A stretch of 64,000 bases of DNA, taken from positions 2,852,001 to 2,916,000 of the forward strand of contig NEEC01000014.1 of the NCBI GenBank assembly GCA_002189035.1, written 5' to 3'. The translations under genes were made by a program, and so were the position numbers. This document shows positions 12,362-24,739 of this stretch, one piece after another; positions within the stretch are counted from its first letter, which is position 1, and every line of letters begins with the position of its first letter. The notes under the pieces are model-generated. The model ran no database searches, was not told where the DNA came from, and worked only from the letters and a program-made list of their open reading frames with translations. Source of the stretch: Utricularia gibba (Eukaryota; Plantae; Magnoliophyta).

Positions 12362-13392
12362 TTCTGTTGGTAGTTAAATTTTATGATATAATAATATTTA
12401 TTACATATTTAATATGATATTAATTGAAGGATTTGAAGTTAACTATAATTAATTTAAAAGTAGTATTATTTAATAAGTACCTTTATACAAACAATTTATT
12501 CTTTACCTTTATTTAAAGCCATTTTTTAATTACCCTAAAGCGATTTTTTATAGAATTTATTACCAAAAGGATGTACTATAAGTAACTAAAATAGACTACG
12601 AAACAGTTTGTAATGTGTGTATGTGGTTCAATTGGATACCAAAACCATGTCATTATTTAATACAATTAGACAGCAAAACAATGACATGCCCTTTGGATTC
12701 TAGAAATTCATAATTCCAAAATAAAATCTTATTCTACCTTACAACACTGCGGCCCCAAATTAATAAAAAATAGACAAGGGTGCTTGATAAATAGCTTAAT
12801 AACAGTATAATTAGAACTAGTTTTAAACAAATTCAACTATTTAAAGATGTTAAATTTCATATGTGTCTTATCAAGCGCATTTCAAATTGAAATTCATAAT
12901 AACATTTTATCCTAACTATGCAAAGAACATCTAGACAAGACATGTTTGTTAAAAATGCAATACAAGAGTAATTCTTTGCTTTCAGGAAGACGATCATTCT
13001 GCGGAATGGGTTTGGAGTATTTAATTCAATTTAATCCTTCAAAAGCAAATTGGAAAGTCACAAATTCGAATCGTATGGTCCAAAAGCCCAGTTCATGCCT
13101 GCTCGGTATGCTTTATACTCGGCTGCTATAACATCTTTTCCGGGTAATTTGTATTTTTGCTTTTTTTTTTTTCGGTCATAGTCGCTGTAATAAAGTCTAC
13201 TTAATTTCATTGTCTTAGGAGCCCGGCCGCTGTCACTCCCATTTTCCTCTCTTCCTCGCTTCCCTCTGCATCTAATCTATTCCCTTCGCTCTACCTCCAC
13301 CTGAATTCACTCACCGACGTCGAGTGATTGGACATTGGAAAGCTCTATACTCTGCCTGAAATCTTCCCCCTCTTTATCGTGGCCGTTGAGCG

Positions 13393-13878
13393 ATGGTGAG
13401 GGGGGCAGAAAGCCCAGAAAATGTGGCTGGTGGAAACGAGGTTTTTGATCTAATTCAATCCGTGTCGGATACAGAGACTCCGTTGGAGATGGCAATTGAA
13501 TTGCGGAAAGCTATCGGATCGGTTCCTGACACAGAACCGAAGAAGGAATTTGATGAAGGAAATGAGGGATTGGGGGCTCCGAACCACAATCTCCCTGCGG
13601 AGGATACTGCGTTGGTGATGGGCATCCAATCGGAGAAAGAGGTAGAGGAACAAAATGACGGATCCAAGACTCCAAGTCGCAAAATCACGACACCGACCGA
13701 ATGCCCACCGGCTCCGAGGAAATTCCGCTTAAAACCGAAGGTTTCTGATCGTAAATCGTGTCGCCGGAGCCTCCGATTCGAATCGGAAAGGTTGGAGATG
13801 GAGCCCACGCCGGGACCGGCGTATGGCGAAGAACCTAAAAGGAAGCGAGCTCGAAGAGACGACGCCGTTTTCTGGTAA
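13393..13878 (+). CDS. SMR: SIAMESE-related (SMR) cyclin-dependent kinase inhibitor, intronless
   Basis: KTPSRKITTPTECPPAPRK matches SMR motifs 1-2 (TP...IP...CPPAP.K), followed by basic RKSCRRSLRF; acidic N-terminus; GC-rich single exon. Start codon uncertain (13393 GTG or 13489 ATG). Confidence 0.7.
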   Translation: MVRGAESPENVAGGNEVFDLIQSVSDTETPLEMAIELRKAIGSVPDTEPKKEFDEGNEGLGAPNHNLPAEDTALVMGIQSEKEVEEQNDGSKTPSRKITTPTECPPAPRKFRLKPKVSDRKSCRRSLRFESERLEMEPTPGPAYGEEPKRKRARRDDAVFW

Positions 13879-13960
13879 CGCCGGTTTCAGTTTTATCAAC
13901 GGCTACTACTTGGGTTTATCTGTCCATTGAATTCAATTGAAGAGACAGATTTATGTTTTA

Positions 13961-13990
13961 TGACCCTGACCCTGACCCTGACCCTGGCCC
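13961..13990. repeat. (TGACCC)4-5 hexamer tandem repeat
   Basis: tgaccc x4 plus tggccc, ~80 bp after the SMR stop. Confidence 0.9.
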
Positions 13991-14269
13991 CGGGGGAGTG
14001 CTCCTACCCTCCCATCTGGTGGGCCTACAGAATAAAACCGGATTTTAAATTTCAGATATCTAACTAATTTTTTAAAAAATATTAAAATTTATATTTTCAT
14101 TTATTTTTAAATAGTGCGTATACAAATAAATAATATGTTAACATCTAAAAATTGTTAAGATGATTGACGGTAAAAGTTTGGTTGAATTCTCAAAGAGATG
14201 TAAGTGTATTTCTCTTCATTTATTTTATATCTAATTAAATAATTGTTGTTGAACTCACTTAATTGATTC

Positions 14270-14795
14270 TGTTGAGGGCGAAAATCGATATCTTAGGGAA
14301 GGCTGATTTTCTGTTTATGGGTGCAGCCGGATGTGCCGCACCTGGTTAAGCTTTCGGTGATTTTCTCAACTCATTTTGCAGAAATAAAGATAGGCAGAGA
14401 ATTTTACGTAGAAACCGTCAGAGGACGGAAAAACCAGGAAGCTGTCGAAGCTCGTCGGAAGATATCTTCACTAGACGGAAGCAGGAAAAATACAGATTGG
14501 AAGGCTTAGAGTCGAGCCATTTTCTCTTCAGAATTTCTTCTACTTATAGAAGAGGTCGATACTGAATCATGAATTCTGCAGACGTTGGTTGCTTTCTGTG
14601 CCTATATTGTGATCCTACTTTTCAGATGATCGCCGTCTACTCTACTGTAATTTGGCCACTTTTCAGACTGTGCAATATGGCTGCTGCTATCAAATCTCTG
14701 ACACATATCGGTCTGTCGATCAGCGCTATCCCATCAAAGCACCTTTTGGCAGCTTTTCAGGGACCGATTACCCATATCCGATTTGTACCCCATCA
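14270..14795 (-). mobile_element. Solo LTR, related to 1225-1743
   Basis: TGTTGAGGGCGAAAATCG...CCCCATCA; TSD GATTC (14265-14269) / CATTC (14796-14800), 1 mismatch; shares start and internal segments with the first copy. Confidence 0.8.
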
Positions 14796-15506
14796 CATTC
14801 CATAGAAGTTTCATGAGAATGTTCTTTTCAAAAAATTTCTTAATTCTGATGTCCCAAACATACAAGCACAACATTAAAATCACAATAATCTAAATTTATT
14901 TCCCTAGTAATATGTTGGTGTTCTACAGAAGATGTGTTAGAATTGGGAGGACTTCCCCCACCAAGAGTGCAATTTTTCTTATTGTCTTGTATTGCATTCA
15001 CAATAAAAAAAGATAATTTGATGTTTCTAACATAAATTTCACATAAATACCACAATCATAATAAAGTAAAATAATAGATAAGCTTCTCTCGTATTGGCCA
15101 TCACCATTTCGCTAATAAATTTTCACTTACAGGCTCAAATTTCCTAATGTTCAATCTTGCCATTGATCATGGTCTAGTAATTTGCTTTTCAGCGTATCCA
15201 ATGCATCTTATAGTAATCTCCTCCATTCCAATAGAAAAGACTTATGATTTGCTACATTCGAATGAGTACTCCCTTTGGAAACTTAAAGAGAGAAAAATAC
15301 TATATTCATAAGATGCTTAAAATTACTTTGAGAAGAGCTAGAGATCCCCGATCAATAATAACTTCTGTTTCAATACAACAACCTCTTGTTACACTTTTCT
15401 TTCATTTCTCTCTAAGTTTGCTTTACTTTTTTTTTAGCATCTAGAAGGAATCCCACATATTTGGAAGGAAAAAAAACCAATAGCATAACCAAGTAAAGTT
15501 ATCGTT

Positions 15507-17623
15507 TATGGGTAAAAAAAATCCAGTTTTTTCAACAATAAAAAATGAGTCTTCGGTTGTTTTTTTTTAAAAAAATCCAAAATTAGTTGGGTTTTTTTTT
15601 TATTGTAAAAGTTTGCATTAGAACCCTTCATTCTTCATCTGATTATATATTTTATGCATACAAATGAAGATCATCTTCATCTTCTTCAGAGCTAGAAACA
15701 CAATCATGATAAAAATTTGAACTTGAAGTCATTTCTCCTAATTTTGGTGTGTTCGTTTTGATATAAACAAGCTTCTTGATACTCTCTTCACTTAAAGAAC
15801 TCCGAAGCTTTGATGGATAAAGCCAATAGTAGAAAAATTTCTCTCTAAAACCGCGCTTGATGTTACCATTCCAAAGACTTTCAATGCAATCTCTTGAAGT
15901 AAGGAATACTATTTTCCTTCAATCAACCAATATTGAAGAATAGTCTTGAGTGTGTACTCCCAATGTTGAACTAAATGTCTGAAACATCTCTGTCTTGATT
16001 AATATTAATCATAAACTTTGTGTACTTTATAAATAAGGCTTCTTTTTTTCTGGTATGGAACTAAATATATCATTTTCAACCTTCCTTTTTTCTTTTGAAA
16101 TCATTCCATCTAGTAGATAACGAGGGTCAAGCAAATAAGCAATCCCTATTGCATTGCCATAAAGAAAATCCATTCTAGTTTGAGGAAATTTAATCATAGA
16201 TGCTTTTTCCAAATCCTCAAGACATTTCATGGACTCATATTGTTTCTTGAGATCAAGCATGAAGAGATAATAGATTTATGATACTGAAATAGACTCAGCT
16301 CCTAAGTGGACAATGATTTTGTCAATTGATTCTAGGATTGCAATAGACTTTTCAAGGTGAGATACAAAATAGGAGTCTATAACAATTTCATGAGTTCTTT
16401 GAGCACTAGGTTTCAATCTATTGTTGCATGTGATGAAAACCCTCTCAATAACAATATTATAGATTATAGATTCACTCTGCAACAAGCTAACCAAACAATC
16501 TTTCAAGCTTCTTCAATGAGTAGGTGTTGATTGAACCAATCCTAGAACCTTTTTAGAAAACTTGCTCTTTAACCAATTTAACTTTGATTTGTCGATGATA
16601 TGGAAATAAGGAAACAACCTCTTTGCAACTTTGAGTAAATTCAAGTAAGTATGAGAAAGGATAACCTTTAGGATAAGTAGAAACTGGTCTCCCACATCGG
16701 GCTTTGGTGGTAGAAAAAATATCCTTGATAAGAAGATGTAATCCATGACAAGCATATCCTTGAAAATACATTGCAGTATATTTTTGTTGAAGAATTCACC
16801 ATGCAGATTTGTTTGTAACCGTATTATCAATTACCACACTACAAATTTTCAAACCTCTAGCTAATTGGTTGTTGATCACTTTGGTTAAATCATCAGCAAT
16901 AAATTGTGCATTGTGGCTTTGCTTTCTAGTATTTAAAGAATCTACAAAATAAGAAGAATCACCACCAATCAACATGTAGTTGATGATTTGATCATTTTTA
17001 GTTGTCCTGCCATCCGATGTCAAGCAGTAGAATGTTGACTTGACTTTTTGTAGTTTCAAGTTAACTTGAGCTTTAATAGTTTCATAGCATTTGTTTAGTA
17101 ATGGCTCAACCAACTTTTTCCTATCAGGCGACTCGATATCCAGACGGCATAGGGATAAAGCTTTGCAGATATTAGCTTCTTCAATTCTCTGAAAAGAAGT
17201 TCCTGTAGTGAAATAATACATCGGAATATTTAGCACAATATTTTCCTTCTCTTGCTATGATAGTCTTGGAAGCATGATTTCCTTAATCAACCCTTGAGAA
17301 CTTGAACTTGGCAGCATTTTATGTTTTTTGTTGGAAGATCTTGATTTTCTTGATGAGAAAATCATTATCGATTGAATGAAAGGCTTGCATTTTAACAAAT
17401 GCATCTTTACTGTCAACTTGAAATGCTTATAGATTGAAGAATCTTCTTATTGTCAACTTGATGAATAGAGACCAAACTTCATCTACTTGTCTTCCAAGTT
17501 TCTTACCAATTTCTAAAGAATCATCAATGCTTTCTACATCTACAAGAACATTCGTTGCATCTCCATTAACTAAATGGGTTTTTTTTCAAAAAAACCCAAA
17601 AAACCTATCCCTCCCCACCCCTA
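15507..17623 (-). mobile_element. Decayed hAT-superfamily transposase element (DUF659-type, atypical for plants)
   Basis: Frameshifted pieces YYFTTGTSFQRIEE, LTSDGRT (D1), VIDNT (D2), YFQGYACHGLHLLIKDIF, AYLLDPRY, QYWLIEG...TSSAVLERNFSTIGFIH.KLRSSL (E, dimerization region); TAGGGGTG terminus at 17623; tentative left terminus TATGGGT at 15507. Confidence 0.8.
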
Positions 17624-18239
17624 TTATCATATGAAGTATGACAATTTGTGACTCATTTAATACACATCAAGTTGATTTTATGTGAATTTATGTGCAGAAC
17701 TGAAATATTAACAAAACAAATTGTACTTGGGAAGAAGGTGTGTGTTATCTACAAATTGTAGATGGTTGATTTTCATGACTATTTTTAAACTAATGCTCTT
17801 AAGATATATAATGTATCAAGTTTGCTACATCTGAACATGAAAGTTTTTTGTAGCTGATAAAAAAATGAAAATGACTTTGTGACATTTATGGCTAGTGAAC
17901 CCAAAGTTGGTATGTATGCAGTTGGCGTAGTGAAGAAGAGAATGTTGAAGAATTTGACTTAGTTAATCTAGTTGACATCAATAATGAGCTAGTAGAAGAA
18001 TTTTATGCTTAAGGGTTGAATGAGTCTATCGCTATGGTACAAGTTGATGAGGAAGACAAAGAGATAACCGAGTTCGAATTTGAGATACCTTTGAATGAAA
18101 TTGAAGTTATTGAAGTAGCTTGCAATCATTATTTTGAAGATATCAAACATCTTTTAGCATCCAAAAAATTTGGAAAAAAAGGAGTTTTTGGATTTATTAT
18201 AGTTTTCGATATTTATTATTTTACAATAATTAATTTTTA

Positions 18240-20050
18240 TGTTGATTATTTTTGCATGTTTATTTATATGTGTTATGATGGATATGAATAATGTTGAAGA
18301 AGATAGTTGCGATTTGCAAATATTACGATCATTATCGCCATCTCCTACATCTTCTATTGGAAAGAATTTAGAAGACATCAGTGATACTATTCCATTATCA
18401 AAGAAGTCCAAGTCTAAAATATGGCATCATTTTGAAAAGATTGGAAAAGTTAATGGTGCAAAAATGTGCAAATGTAATTATTGTAAAAAAAATGTTGACT
18501 TGTTGTGGCAAATCAGGTGCATCATATTTATTAAGAGATTCTCGAAGTTGTATGAAGTCTCCAAAATTTCATGATGTAAGTTCTTTACTTAATGGTCAAA
18601 CTACTTTGGTCATAAAAGCGAAATTTGATCATAATGAATTTTGAGATTCAGTAGCAAGGGCAATTATCATGCATGATCTTTTATTTGCTTATGCTGAATA
18701 TGAAAGAAAGAGTTAATGCTACAAATGGAATTCTTAATACTGATTTTTGATCTATTAGTAGAATAAATTCAAGAGCTGATTGAATGAAAAGTTATGCCAA
18801 TGAGAAAGAAAAATTGAAATCTTTATTGTCCTCAATTTCTAAGAATTTCTTTGATATCGGATACTTGGACAATTATTACTGTTGAAGGATATAGGACTGT
18901 GATTGCTCATTATATTGATGCAAATTGGAAATTGAATTCTAAATTGCAGACATTTGTGGAATTGTATGGTCCACATAATGGAGAGTCATTAGCAAGTAAG
19001 CTATACTGAGTACTAAGAGATTTGCGAATAAATTAAAAAATCTTTTCAATCACACTAGATAATGCTATATCCAATGATAGCATGGTTAGAAATTTAAAAG
19101 AAAGGTTTAAAATGTAGAATGAGTTATTATGCGATGGTGATTTTTTTCATATAAGATGTTGTGCTCATATCTTGAATTTGATTTTTGAGGAAGGATTGAA
19201 AGTGAGATATATTGCTTTGAAAAAAAATAGAGATTGTATTAAATATTTTAGATTTTCACAAGGCATAATGAGAAAATTTCAGAAGTATATCATGGATGAG
19301 CACTTGGAAGATGTTAGTGGGAGTTTCTTAAAATCAGATGTATCTACTAGATAAAATTCTATTTATTTAATGTTACAAACTGCCTTAAAGTATCGTTTTG
19401 CAATCACTACATTATGCTATAGTACTGGTAATTCTCTTATTAGTCTAACTAAAGATGAATGAGACAGAGCAATGAAAATTTGTGATCTATTGGGACCATT
19501 TTATGAGATTACGAACTTGATATCATAATCATAGTATCTCACTTCCAACTTGTATTTTATACATGCTGCAATGATTGAACTGAAACTTAAAGAACTTGAA
19601 AGTTGTAAAGATGAAGTGATAAAAATAATATATTAGGAATGAAAGAGAAGTTTGATAAATATTAGGATGAGTATTGTATCACTCTTACATTTGGATGTGT
19701 TCTTGATCCAAATATGAAATTGGAATTTTTGAGATACTATTACGAAAAACTTGATCTTATACTTATGAAGAAAAAAGAAAGTGGATAAAGTTAAAACAAC
19801 ATTGAGAAGATTATTTCATACTTATGAACAAATGTAGATATTATTAGATCAATCTAGTGTAAATATGTTGAAATATTTCAGTTCATATGCACGAGAATGA
19901 TCAAAGTTAAAAGGTTCAAGTACATCTTCTTCTACGCTCTTTTTTTAGGTAAGTTTCATTTTTTAACTTGTTATAATTAATTTAGTATAATACTTGTTAT
20001 AATATGCATACTTTTTTCTTTGTACAATTGTAAGATTGTCGCAAAGAAAT
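18240..20050 (+). mobile_element. Decayed Ac/Tam3-type hAT transposase with BED zinc finger
   Basis: KSKIWHHFEK...CKCNYCKK (BED), ITLDNAISND, FFHIRCCAHILNLIFEEGLK, SDVSTR*; many stops and frameshifts. Confidence 0.85.
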
Positions 20051-20129
20051 GAAGCAACAACTTTCAAGAAAGGGTAAATGTGAACTTCATATATATTTGG
20101 ATATGGAGAATGGAGATGATGATTATGAG

Positions 20130-20759
20130 GTTTGATTCTGTTTTCGCAACGTTTTCAGCATTTAATTTGACTCTCTTATTATGTTTTTCAACATTTAATT
20201 TGAGCTTTAATTCTGTTTTTCGCAACGTTTTCATTTTCAACGTGATATTTAGTACCATATAACCCTAAGGGAGTGTGGGAGAATCAAAGATTAGTCTCAA
20301 ACAACTAAGAAGAAGGGCCCAATTGACATTGTTGGTACATCACATTCTGTCTAATCTATCTGCGAGGTGAGAGATGGAAGGGTTAGATTTGGGTGTGGGG
20401 AAAACATGGGTTATCACAAGAGATGTAATGGCTCTAGTGGCATGATTGATTCCATAATCCCACAAAACAAAGGACGGTACTATAACTGTCACTAAGTTGC
20501 ACTATTTTAGAATAACATTCCCAAAGTTTGTGCAAGCAGGTCAGTTATTAAGGTTTGCACATACGCAAGGACGAGTTTCAAGCAAGGTGAATGTTAGATT
20601 TACAATAACTTTTCTTATTATTTTTAAAACCAAATCTTTCATTTGTTTTCAGTCTTTTTGATTTTTTGTTTAAAAAGAAAATTTCAATAACAATTCCCTA
20701 TGGATACGATCTTATTTTATTACTTCAAAAGTTTCTATGCACTTGCAGAATTACCATCA
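20130..20759 (+). mobile_element. Gypsy LTR fragment; inverted copy at 46492-47075
   Basis: About 570 bp align to the reverse complement of 46492-47075; both end ...CTTGCAGAAT(T/C)ACCATCA; left boundary uncertain. Confidence 0.65.
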
Positions 20760-21472
20760 CCAAACTAGAGTAAACTATTTCAAGGCTAAAGAATATGATT
20801 GTGTAGCTTAGTAAAGAACAATAACAAAAGGTAACTCATTTTCACCCCTAACTGAATTAAACTATTTTATGGTACCTTGATATTTTTCTTTTCTTTTTAT
20901 TTTATCTTTCCTTTACTTGCCTCAAACACTTTCTTATCTTTTTTTAAGTAACTTTCTATGGCATGGTCATGGTAGTTGGTTTTTGTTGATAATGATTGAA
21001 TTCTCTACTTAGTTAAAGTAACTTTCTAGACCCTCTGAGTGTCATATCTCCTTCATCAATTCTCAAAAGACTAGTCATGCATAATTTTTAGTATGCATAG
21101 TGAATTTCTACATATTAAAGGCATTGGGTTCTGATAAACGGAAAATTTGAATAACCTTGTAATAAAATCAAATTCCGTATTAAATATTACGTATCAAATT
21201 TTATTTTAGAAAAACATAAAACACAATAATAAAAGGTACAACGCAAGTAATGAACCTGACAAAGGGACATAGTTCTTGGGAAATGGACTACGTTTCTTCC
21301 TTTTGTCTATCTTCACCTCGGCTTTCATTGATTCCTTTTGAATAGTTGGTTATAAGAGCAAAGAATAGCCTACTCTCCTTTACACTCTGATTAACAAGGA
21401 GGCACGGAAATAGTCTCATGTGTTTCCTCCTTGAACGATTGAGAAGACAAAAAGATTGCCGGCGATTGTCTT

Positions 21473-22646
21473 TGATAAATGAAAAATTTTGTAACGTCGT
21501 TAAATTGTAAATTTTCCTATCAAATAAAATTTATAACCTAATACACATTCAAACATAATACAATTATGAGCATAGTGTTTAGGGTTGAATATGAAGAGCA
21601 GGTGTTTGTCATATGATTATCAATGCATACAATCAGTGTCATGTTGATAGATTTAGTCTTAACTAGAACTAAGGTAGCTTTGCGATAAAACATAGTAAAG
21701 AAGAAAAGAACAAACTTTCGCACTCGGTTGTACAGAAGATGAGATGGGTAGTGCCTTGGGACTCATAGGGTTAACATGCAAATTGCTACAACTATCCCAC
21801 CTAAACCATATATCATTCACATAACAAGCAAAGACCTAAGTCTACCCAAACCTTTGTTTTTTCTAATTTTTAGTATACCTCTAATTAGGGTTGTTTAGTG
21901 AGTTTTATTACTTCCTGCTCCTGGATCTCTCTTAGTGTAAAAGGCGATATGTGATACTTGATTAATTTGGTTTAGTGAACAACAAACTTGTTATCTCCTT
22001 TTTACCCCAAGCCACTACTAGGTGCTTTAACTACTCATGATAAGGGAAAAGAAAGCATTATCATAATATATCCTAAGAAACATTCAGATTTGAAAGTTAA
22101 ACGACAACATAAGATGCTTAACAAAACTTAAACAGCAAATTGTTCACGTATGAAAACTAGAACTAGTCTCAGCTAGGAACAGTATTCTTCAAGAACGGAA
22201 GAAATCTTTAAAGGGGAGCTTGTCTTTCTGTATCGTCCTCCTCATTCTTCTTGGTGTTCTTGCGATGGGAAGATCTTTTTCTATAAGTGTCTGGTTTGTT
22301 TTTCAAGGTCTTCCTCCTTCTCTCTCTCATCATTTTCAAAAATCCTCTTTTTTCCTTCCTTGGGATTTGATTGTACTTCCTTCAGCTTTTTCTTCCTACT
22401 TTCTACAATTTCACCATGCTCTTTTCGGCTCCAAGGGAATTGGATCGGCTGACAATTGATGTATTGCTCCAGGAAACCATTAAGACTGAGGTTGGGACTA
22501 AATCATAGATTTAGTCCCAACTAGGAATAAAACACGTAACTATAGTACTAAGCACGAAAGCATAGATATTCATGCTAGAACTTGTGTTTCGTGGAAAAAT
22601 ATTAGACATATTCCTACTCCTAAACACTCAAAAATATGTGTTATCA
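21473..22646 (-). mobile_element. Solo LTR (Athila-like), 1174 bp
   Basis: Minus strand TGATAACACATATTTT...TTTATCA; TSD GTCTT (21468-21472) / GCCTT (22647-22651), 1 mismatch; same family as 28796-29923. Confidence 0.85.
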
Positions 22647-23435
22647 GCCTTCAAAACTGAATTTTGTGCATGTGCCTAGTTATTGCCAATGACCAATGGC
22701 AGGTACGAGGTCACTAACTGTGCACTATCACGGTACCTCGATCACAAACAATTCACTACTTCCCTCGAACTAGTAGGGTTGGAGATGATGTTCTTCACCT
22801 TGCTCTTCATCAAAATCCGTGATGAGTGGCCTTGACTACAACAAGATGCATAGAAGTATGCAAAATCCATAATGAATTCAGCAAAGAAGCGAGATTGATG
22901 CTCAAGATTTGGAAGGAAACTTCATATATTCCCAAAAACTAAAAAATTTTAGCCACGAATGACCATAAAAACTGAAAACAAAAATGGAAAGCAAAAGTGT
23001 TCTTCCTCCCTTGAGGAGAGGAATAACCAAAGGTTCTTAGTGCAAAAACTAAGTCAAAAGTTCAAAAAAAAGTGTTCCAAGTTGGTTTTAATTCACTCCC
23101 CAGGTGCATTAATTTCTTCTGCTCCCCTTCCATCATTCTTTCTACCTTACTTGCACCACCAGCTTTTCCATGCGTGCAAGTAACTGCTCAATCATTGCTA
23201 CAGAATCTGACATGTCGTATGTCAGAGGTCCTAACTAGTATCAGTCTTTCGCTCATAATTGACACAAGTCACGTGCAAGGCACGAAACGTCGGTGTCTGG
23301 TCTCCTATAACACTTCAAGTCTACCTCCTGACATTTTGGGTAAAAGTGCACAAAAAAAAACAACAAAATATGTGCAAGATACAAAAATAAGGTTTTTCTA
23401 AGAAAATAGAATGCTTACCAATATAACTCCTAAAT

Positions 23436-24739
23436 TGAGCAACTTAATACCTAATTAACACGTAATAATATATAATAAACAAGTAGAAAATAACATTTAA
23501 CATTGAATAAATTTATAAATACTACTATTCACAAAATATAAGTTCACAAAACCTGCATAGTGTTTTTCGGGTTGATCACAAGGAGCAAATGTTTACTCTG
23601 TGTTTTAGTCTATGGAGGATCATGGAATGATTTGAGTTTTAGTCTAAGGTCAAACTAACAATAACAGACAAACTCATTAAGTAAGGTCAAGTTGCAGAGC
23701 AGAAAATAACAAGTGGTGGGTCTAAGTACGGGGTAATATTAAGATGCCTTAAGGTAATGGTGATGTAATACTAAGATACCTAATTTAATTTATTATGTTC
23801 CTATACTCAACTTCAAATAACCTAAGTATTCCTGCGTGCAAAGTATATAGAACTAGGTCTACCCCGTTCTATTGGTTCTACTCTATACTAGTACCTACTG
23901 CTCTCGCCTTGATTTATTGGTCTACCTCTAAATCAAACATCTGAATTGTGAAGCAACTTGTTCCCCTCATTAGGTCTACCCAAGGATTGATAGAAACAAA
24001 AGCTAAGAAATAAAGATCAATTGCCTTATGTACCCTAGCCCTACATCACCATCCTACACTTTAAGGCATCCCTAAGGTTCACCTACTCATATATAGAAAA
24101 TAAAGCAAGATTTCATAGTCACAAATTGAAGAAAAAATTCTCAACATTGTCAAACAAACAGCCAATGAAAGTAAAGTTCAACAAACTAAGTAAACAAAAT
24201 GTTCTATTTTTCATCTGCTACTGTTTACAACATGGAATAGTAGTGCTGACTGGGTCTTGGCATTGTTCTTGAGGATGCAAGTCTTATTTACGAAAATCTC
24301 CTCCTTCTCCTCTTCTTATCGGTGTTCGTAGTGTTGGAGGAGTCCCCTGTGTGTCGTTGCTACTGAAGCTCCCAAAGCTCCCTCTCATTTTCCAAGGCAA
24401 GTACTATCTTTGACAACACTGGTGCTCCTACCCCTAAGTTGCAGATTGCTGCCGTGATAGTGCACTCATTGCTCCTTCTATCATGTTGCCTTTCCTTCCG
24501 CATCATGATGCTTGCATGAAATCCATATTGTCCCACCTGATTTTTTGAAGGTGCTGCTAGATTCAAAACACGTTAGTAACATAGAAAGGACTATATTCAA
24601 AGATGTGGCCCATTTGCACACAAAATTCATATATTAACTAATTATATAAAAATACTTAAAACTCTAAAATAAGTAACTAAAACATAATTAAAATTTATAA
24701 TTTTCATATAATAAAAACAGTAAAATTTGTATGCTATCA
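23436..24739 (-). mobile_element. Athila-like LTR without TSD, with adjacent decayed internal sequence (22650-23435)
   Basis: Minus strand TGATAGCATAC...GTTGCTCA; 23520-24100 is similar to the reverse complement of 42480-43100; flanks do not form a TSD. Confidence 0.55.
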
